In this document: positions 58,678-64,000 of the stretch, in pieces
Layout: each line of letters opens with the position of its first letter
How positions within the stretch are numbered: position 1 is the first letter of the stretch
DNA from: Candidatus Iainarchaeum sp.
GTDB taxonomy: Archaea; Iainarchaeota; Iainarchaeia; Iainarchaeales; JAZDFD01
Assembly: GCA_043808155.1 (NCBI GenBank)
Contig: JAZDFD010000028.1
Coordinates: 6,697 to 70,696, forward strand
Length of the DNA: 64,000 nucleotides
Direction of reading: 5' to 3'
Program-made: the position numbers and the translations under genes
Notes under the pieces: generated by a model
What the model saw: the letters and a program-made list of their open reading frames with translations, nothing else
Database searches by the model: none
What the model was told of the DNA's origin: nothing

Positions 58678-59382
58678 ATGGCAGAAAAAACATTGGTTCC
58701 AATAGAAAAATATTTGAAAACAGGTTGTCATATTGGCACAAAATTCAAATCAGGAGACATGAACAGATACATTTTCAAAAGCAGAAAGGACAGTCTCAAA
58801 GTGCTGGATGTTGAAACAATTGATGAGAGAATAAAATTTGTTGCAGAATTTCTTTCGAAATATGATCCTGCGAGAATTGCAGTTGTGAGCAGAAAATTAT
58901 ATGGCAAGACACCTGCAAATAAATTTGCAGAATTTGTTGGTGCACAATCAATTACCGGGCGATTTGTTCCCGGCACATTTACAAATCCTCAGGCAAGAAT
59001 TTTTATTGAACCACAAATTATTATTGTTGCGGAACCAGATTCAGACAATCAGGCAGTTGAGGAAGCATCTGCAATTAGAATTCCGGTTGTTGGACTTGCT
59101 TCAACAAATAATAGTCTGAAAAATGTAGATCTTATTATTCCCATAAACAATAAGGGACGAAAAAGTTTAGCACTTGTTTTCTGGCTTCTTGCAAGAGAAA
59201 TTTTAAAAGCAAGAGGCGACATAAAAACAGATGCTGAATTTGAAGACAAGTTACCTGAATTTGAATATCAAATGAAAGAAAGTGATGAAATAAAACTTAA
59301 GGAACGCGGAACAGGCAGAGAATTCCAGAGAAGAGGCAAATTCCAAAAAAATAAAGGCGGAAAATACTCTGGGAAAAGATAA
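58678..59382 (+). CDS. rps2: Ribosomal protein uS2
   Basis: GCHIGT, GRFVPGTFTN, PINNKG. Confidence 0.96.
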   Translation: MAEKTLVPIEKYLKTGCHIGTKFKSGDMNRYIFKSRKDSLKVLDVETIDERIKFVAEFLSKYDPARIAVVSRKLYGKTPANKFAEFVGAQSITGRFVPGTFTNPQARIFIEPQIIIVAEPDSDNQAVEEASAIRIPVVGLASTNNSLKNVDLIIPINNKGRKSLALVFWLLAREILKARGDIKTDAEFEDKLPEFEYQMKESDEIKLKERGTGREFQRRGKFQKNKGGKYSGKR

Positions 59383-59414
59383 CTGAATAAATAAAGATAC
59401 GCCCTATTTCTTTT

Positions 59415-60224
59415 ATGACTTCACGGGAAACAGTTGTTGCAGGTCAGTTTTATCCATCAAATAAGGATGAACTGTTAAAAGAGATTAATACTTTTTTTGC
59501 AAAAACAAAAAAATCTGATTTTAAAAGCAAAGTCATTATTGTGCCTCATGCAGGATATGTTTATTCCGGACAGGTGGCAGCATCGGGATTTAAAGCATTG
59601 AAAAAAAAGAAAACATATGTTCTTCTCGGACCAAATCACACAGGATTGGGAAGTGGAATTTCAATTTCTAATTCTGATTTTTGGGAAACTCCATTAGGAC
59701 AAGTTAAAGTAAATGTGGAATTGAGCAGGATTATTGCAGATGAAATTGGTGAATTAGATGAATTGTCACATATCGGGGAACATTCAATAGAGGTTCAGCT
59801 GCCTTTTTTACAGGTTTTATTTAAAAATGATTTTGATATTGTGGCTATTTCAATCGCAACAGATGATTTGAGAGAACTGAAACATCTGGGAGAAATACTT
59901 GCCAATGCTTCAAAAAAATATGATTTTGGCATGGTTGTGAGTTCGGATTTTTCGCATTTTCTAGACCAGGAAGAGACGGAAAACAGGGATTTTGAGGCAA
60001 TAAAATACATTGAAACAATGGATGTTTATGGGTTTTATAATGCTGTTAAGTCAAAAAATATGAGTATTTGTGGTGCCTCACCTATTGTTTCTGCAATGCA
60101 GTATTATTATTGCCAGAGTGGCGAGAGGTGTAACAAGGGGCGGATTATTGAATATTCCACCTCTGGTAAGGTTTCAGGGGATTTTTCAAGTGTTGTGGGC
60201 TATGCTGCAATTGGATTTGAATAA
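59415..60224 (+). CDS. MEMO1 family protein (AmmeMemoRadiSam protein B)
   Basis: AGQFYP, PHAGYVYSG, GPNH, EHSIEVQLPF, SSDFSH, VVGY. Confidence 0.93.
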   Translation: MTSRETVVAGQFYPSNKDELLKEINTFFAKTKKSDFKSKVIIVPHAGYVYSGQVAASGFKALKKKKTYVLLGPNHTGLGSGISISNSDFWETPLGQVKVNVELSRIIADEIGELDELSHIGEHSIEVQLPFLQVLFKNDFDIVAISIATDDLRELKHLGEILANASKKYDFGMVVSSDFSHFLDQEETENRDFEAIKYIETMDVYGFYNAVKSKNMSICGASPIVSAMQYYYCQSGERCNKGRIIEYSTSGKVSGDFSSVVGYAAIGFE

Positions 60225-60309
60225 CATTTTTAATTAAATAACTGGGTGCAGTAACTTTATATACTAAAATATATATCATTATACTATTAAGAGTTAATTT
60301 GGTGAAATC

Positions 60310-61065
60310 ATGAGTGACCCAGTGATAAGCAAATTCTTAGAAACCTTAGGGCTGACAGAATACGAGTCAAAAACACTGGTTACGCTGTTTAAATTTGATG
60401 AAATTGAAGCACCTGAAATAAGCAGACGTGCTCAGGTTCCGAAAACAAGAATTTACGATGTTTTAGACAGGCTTGTTAGAAGAGGCCTGGCAATTGAAAT
60501 CAAGGGACGACCTAAAAGATACAGGGTTATTGACAGAGCCACTGCAATTGATACTCTTGTTGAGCGTAAAAAAGATGATTTTAAAAAAATTGAGGATAAT
60601 GCACAGACAATGAAGGCTTTGATTGCAGGTATCGGAATTATAGGGGATACGCAAGGGGAAAAAATAATGAAAGTTAAGGATAGTTTTGATTTTGAAAGAA
60701 TTTTAAGTCAGGAAATTGCAAATACTAAAAATAGTATTACTGGGTTTGCAGCAATTAGTGATGATCATCAGATTTTGAAAGAGTCCATTGAGAAAGCTAA
60801 AAGCAAAAATATAGACTTGAAATTTCTGAATTCAGTAAATAAATGCCCTGCTCAGAACTGTGGGAAAGGTAAAATGGATGTAAAACATTTCAAACACGGA
60901 ATTAATGCTTTTATTCTTGATGACAAAAAAGTTGTAATGGCGCTTAGTGATTTTAACAAAACTGCTCCGGAATATCATTTTGTAATTTGGAACGACAATA
61001 AACCAATGGCAAATGCATTGAACCATTACTTTGAAAAATGCTGGCAGCAGGGAAAAAATCTTTAA
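60310..61065 (+). CDS. TrmB family transcriptional regulator
   Basis: LGLTEYESK...VPKTRIYDVL...RPKRY; PLD-like C-terminal half. Confidence 0.88.
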   Translation: MSDPVISKFLETLGLTEYESKTLVTLFKFDEIEAPEISRRAQVPKTRIYDVLDRLVRRGLAIEIKGRPKRYRVIDRATAIDTLVERKKDDFKKIEDNAQTMKALIAGIGIIGDTQGEKIMKVKDSFDFERILSQEIANTKNSITGFAAISDDHQILKESIEKAKSKNIDLKFLNSVNKCPAQNCGKGKMDVKHFKHGINAFILDDKKVVMALSDFNKTAPEYHFVIWNDNKPMANALNHYFEKCWQQGKNL

Positions 61066-61096
61066 AGTAAAATCTTGTTTTTAGAGGTGCATAACC

Positions 61097-62761
61097 ATGG
61101 AACTTGATGAAATAAAGACTGATGCTTACAGATACGCAGTTAAAAATGCGTTTTTACACAAAGGCAAGGCAGATAAAAAAGCAGTTCTGGGAAAAGTTAA
61201 GGCACTGCATAAAGACATAGACATGGTTAAAATTATGCCAATTATTGAGAAGGTTGTTGCACAAATTAATGCACAAAGTTTTGATGAAATTGAAGCAAAA
61301 TATAATGCACTTGAAGGGAGTTATGAATTAAAACCTAAAGCAAAAGAAGAAGGCCTTCCTGAATTGGAATGGGCGCAGGAAAAAGAAGTTGTAACACGCT
61401 TTGCCCCAAATCCGAACGGGCCTTTTCATTTAGGGAGTGCAAGAGCTGCAATTCTTTCACATGAATATGCGCGAAAGTATGGCGGGAAATTTATTCTGAG
61501 ATTAGATGACACAGATCCAAAAATAAAAAAGTCAATTGATGATGCAGAAAAAATTTTCAGGGAAGATTTGGAATGGCTAGGAATTACTATTGATGAAGTT
61601 TATTTTGCGTCAGATAGATTAGATATTTATTATGATTATATGCGAAAGCTTATTGACATGGGCAAAGCATATGTGTGCGATTGCGATTCAGAAGAATGGC
61701 GTAAGAAAATCACAAAAGAGATTCCATGTTCCTGCAGAGAAAAAGAAGTGAAAGAACAGAAAGAAATGTTTGATGAAATGATGAAACATCAGTTAAAAGA
61801 AGGGGAAGCTGTTCTGAGAATTAAAACTGATTTGCATAATAAAGATCCGAGTGTGCGTGACTGGTGGGCAGCTAAGATTGTTGATAAACCAGTACATCCA
61901 CGCGTGTCAGGAAAGTATGTCTGGCCGAGTTATAATTTTGCTTCTGCAATTGATGACCATGGATTAGGAGTTACGCTTATTATTCGCGGGCAGGAACATG
62001 AGCAGAATAAAACAAAGCAGGAGTTCATGTATGAATATTTGGAATGGGAATATCCCCATTGTTTCCATACTGGGCGCATTAGTTTGGAGGGAATTGTTTT
62101 AAGCACTTCCAAAATTTCAGAAGGAATTGCACAGGGAGAATACACTGGGTGGGACGACCCGAGAATTGGAACAATACGTGCTTTGCGAAGACGCGGTTTT
62201 ACTGCTGAAACTTTAAGAAAAATGATTTTAGAAGTTGGAATTAAAAGTTCGGATACAACTGTGAGTATGGATACTTTAATTGCATTAAATAAAGACAGTA
62301 TTGGGGAAGTCACACGATATCCATTTATCAGAGAGCCTGGATTTATGGATGTTGATTTTTGCCCTGAGACAGAAGTTGAAATCTCAGGACGGCATGTTTC
62401 ATTAAAGCAGGGAACACAAAGATTCACTATTTCAATAGAAGAAACAAAAAATTTGAAACCAAATACATTAGTGAGATTGAGAAATGCGTATAATGTTAGG
62501 ATTAAGGAAATTGGCGATTTTGGAATTAGTGCAGAGTATGTTAGTTCGGGTGTGATTAAAAATAAACCAATAGTTTCATGGATTTTAGATTCTGCAGATG
62601 TTGTAGTATGGCTAATTGATAATACTGAAATTCTCGGGACAACTGAAATCTCAGTTCTGGATGAGCCAGTAGATTCACACCTTTTCTTGGACAGAACTGG
62701 TTATTGCCGCGTTGATGGAAGAGAAGGAAATCGCTTGAAGCTCAGATTTACTCATAAATAG
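61097..62761 (+). CDS. gltX: Glutamate-tRNA ligase (archaeal type)
   Basis: RFAPNPNGPFHLG, DDTDP, IIRG, LSTS, GWDDPR. Confidence 0.95.
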   Translation: MELDEIKTDAYRYAVKNAFLHKGKADKKAVLGKVKALHKDIDMVKIMPIIEKVVAQINAQSFDEIEAKYNALEGSYELKPKAKEEGLPELEWAQEKEVVTRFAPNPNGPFHLGSARAAILSHEYARKYGGKFILRLDDTDPKIKKSIDDAEKIFREDLEWLGITIDEVYFASDRLDIYYDYMRKLIDMGKAYVCDCDSEEWRKKITKEIPCSCREKEVKEQKEMFDEMMKHQLKEGEAVLRIKTDLHNKDPSVRDWWAAKIVDKPVHPRVSGKYVWPSYNFASAIDDHGLGVTLIIRGQEHEQNKTKQEFMYEYLEWEYPHCFHTGRISLEGIVLSTSKISEGIAQGEYTGWDDPRIGTIRALRRRGFTAETLRKMILEVGIKSSDTTVSMDTLIALNKDSIGEVTRYPFIREPGFMDVDFCPETEVEISGRHVSLKQGTQRFTISIEETKNLKPNTLVRLRNAYNVRIKEIGDFGISAEYVSSGVIKNKPIVSWILDSADVVVWLIDNTEILGTTEISVLDEPVDSHLFLDRTGYCRVDGREGNRLKLRFTHK

Positions 62762-62843
62762 GGGCTTCAAAGTAGTTTTATAAAGCTTAGCTCTCAGAAT
62801 ATATACTAATATATTATTGGCGTTTTCTTGCATTCATGCGAGG

Positions 62844-62864
62844 CCCAATGACGTAATTGGAGGG
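62844..62864 (+). promoter_or_regulatory. Kink-turn overlapping the Shine-Dalgarno of rpl7ae
   Basis: CCC-AAT-GA-CG-TAAT-TG-GA-GGG gives a C stem, 3-nt bulge and tandem G.A/A.G; contains GGAGG. Confidence 0.72.
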
Positions 62865-62870
62865 ATCGTA

Positions 62871-63236
62871 ATGGCTGAATTTGTTAAATTTTCAGTACCT
62901 AAAGAACTGGCTGAGAGACAGCTGGCTCTAGTAACTAAGCTCAAAAAAAAGGGCAAAATAAAGATGGGAATTAATGAAATAACCAAAGCAGTGGAAAGAG
63001 GAACTGCAAAACTAGTTATTCTGGCAGAAGACATAAGTCCTGCTGAAATTGCAATGCACATTCCTTTGCTCTGTGATGAGAAAAACATCGCATACACTTA
63101 TGTTCCTACAAAAAAGGACCTTGGTGTAAGTGCAGGGATTGAAGTCGGCACATCTGCAGTTGCAGTGCTTGATGAAGGCGATGCAAAAAAGGAACTTCAG
63201 GACATTCAGAAAAAACTAAAGGAACTGAATAAGTAA
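62871..63236 (+). CDS. rpl7ae: Ribosomal protein eL8/L7Ae
   Basis: [24 protein letters not shown]; start set to ATG 62871. Confidence 0.96.
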   Translation: MAEFVKFSVPKELAERQLALVTKLKKKGKIKMGINEITKAVERGTAKLVILAEDISPAEIAMHIPLLCDEKNIAYTYVPTKKDLGVSAGIEVGTSAVAVLDEGDAKKELQDIQKKLKELNK

Positions 63237-63246
63237 GGGTGACACA

Positions 63247-63462
63247 ATGGCAGATAATGAAACAGGAACACCCGCGGAAGTTGTGAATATTGTCAGAAGA
63301 ACCGGAGTTCACGGAGAAATTGTGCAAGTTATGTGCAGAATTCTTGACGGACCGGAAAAAGGCAGAGTTAAACGAAGAAATGTAAAAGGTAATGTTCAAA
63401 AGGGAGATGTTGTAATCCTGCTGAACACTGAAAGAGAAGCAAAGGAGATAAAAGCAAAGTAG
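63247..63462 (+). CDS. rps28e: Ribosomal protein eS28
   Basis: RTGVHGE...RNVKG...EREA. Confidence 0.95.
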   Translation: MADNETGTPAEVVNIVRRTGVHGEIVQVMCRILDGPEKGRVKRRNVKGNVQKGDVVILLNTEREAKEIKAK

Positions 63463-63470
63463 GTGTTAAA

Positions 63471-63788
63471 ATGGCGGATTGTACTTTTTGCGGAAAACCA
63501 TTTCCGAAAGCAACAGGAAAGATGTATGTTAAAAAAGACGGTACAGTGTATTTTTTCTGCACTTCAAAGTGCGAGAAAAATATGCTTGTGCTTAAAAGAA
63601 AATCAAGAAGAGTCAGATGGACTGAAGAGTATCACAAAGTCAAGAAAATTGAGAGAGGCATTGATAAAGTAAAGAAAGAAGTTGTCAAAACTGAAAAGAA
63701 AACAAGAATAAAGAAAGTTGACGACAAGAAAGTTAAGAAAAAAGCAAGAAGAACTGAAAAAAGAAAAAAAGCAAAGGGAAAAAAGTAG
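63471..63788 (+). CDS. rpl24e: Ribosomal protein eL24 with basic tail
   Basis: CTFCG...GKMYVKKDG...FCTSKC. Confidence 0.95.
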   Translation: MADCTFCGKPFPKATGKMYVKKDGTVYFFCTSKCEKNMLVLKRKSRRVRWTEEYHKVKKIERGIDKVKKEVVKTEKKTRIKKVDDKKVKKKARRTEKRKKAKGKK

Positions 63789-63796
63789 GTGACTAC

Positions 63797-64000
63797 GTGG
63801 GAACGCAAAGAACATTCGTCATATTAAAACCCGATTGCGTTCTTAGAGGTCTTGTTGGCAAAGTATTGCAGAAATTTGAGGACCGGGGTCTGAAGATTGT
63901 TGCAATGAAAATGATTCAGCTGGATGATAAAATTCTGGCTGAACATTATGCACATCACAAAGACAAAAAGTTCTATCCAAAATTAACTGACTTTATGAAA
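63797..64000 (+). CDS. ndk: Nucleoside diphosphate kinase (5' part, runs off the window)
   Basis: Manual translation QRTFVILKPDCVLRGLVG...EHYAHHKDKKFY; AGGTGA RBS. Confidence 0.93.
   Translation, partial: MGTQRTFVILKPDCVLRGLVGKVLQKFEDRGLKIVAMKMIQLDDKILAEHYAHHKDKKFYPKLTDFMK

Noticed and set aside
63463-63672. 69-aa ORF overlapping rpl24e
   Set aside because: Alternative frame of a clearly identified ribosomal-protein gene.
1-64000. Alternative genetic code or stop-codon recoding
   Set aside because: Conserved genes are full length under the standard code and end in TAA, TAG or TGA at expected positions.

Overview
AT-rich archaeal chromosome segment. A DPANN lineage such as Iainarchaeota/Diapherotrites is inferred from the archaeal gene set, split rpoB, minimal [FeFe]-hydrogenase and Lys/Glu-rich protein tails, and is not confirmed. 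Bases 1-19.7 kb are accessory and metabolic genes: Kef-type antiporter, ZupT, an H-cluster-only [FeFe]-hydrogenase with two divergent partner genes, a multi-HTH repeat protein, DUF1015, an SdpI-like protein, tRNA-Asp, an aminotransferase, ATP-type PEPCK, surface proteins and MscS. Bases 20-64 kb are the core information-processing superoperon: rpoH-B''-B'-A'-A'', the str cluster, archease, an intein-containing RtcB, the S10/spc/alpha ribosomal-protein clusters, secY, intron-containing tRNA-Leu, gltX, L7Ae and a partial ndk. The main unexplained signal is a family of short, modular, palindromic elements with covarying hairpins, GNA loops and tandem GA motifs. They occupy all six long intergenic gaps between rpl3 and rpoD, surround tRNA-Asp and fill the MscS/rpoH divergent gap. 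Several are flanked by direct duplications of the local target (RBS/start, promoter or tRNA 3' end). Inside the operon each is spanned by a 25-57 codon bridging ORF that starts at the upstream stop and ends near the downstream start. Also notable: substitutions at normally invariant RNA polymerase active-centre and uS12 decoding residues, a K-turn over the L7Ae Shine-Dalgarno, and a candidate ~130 nt ncRNA.
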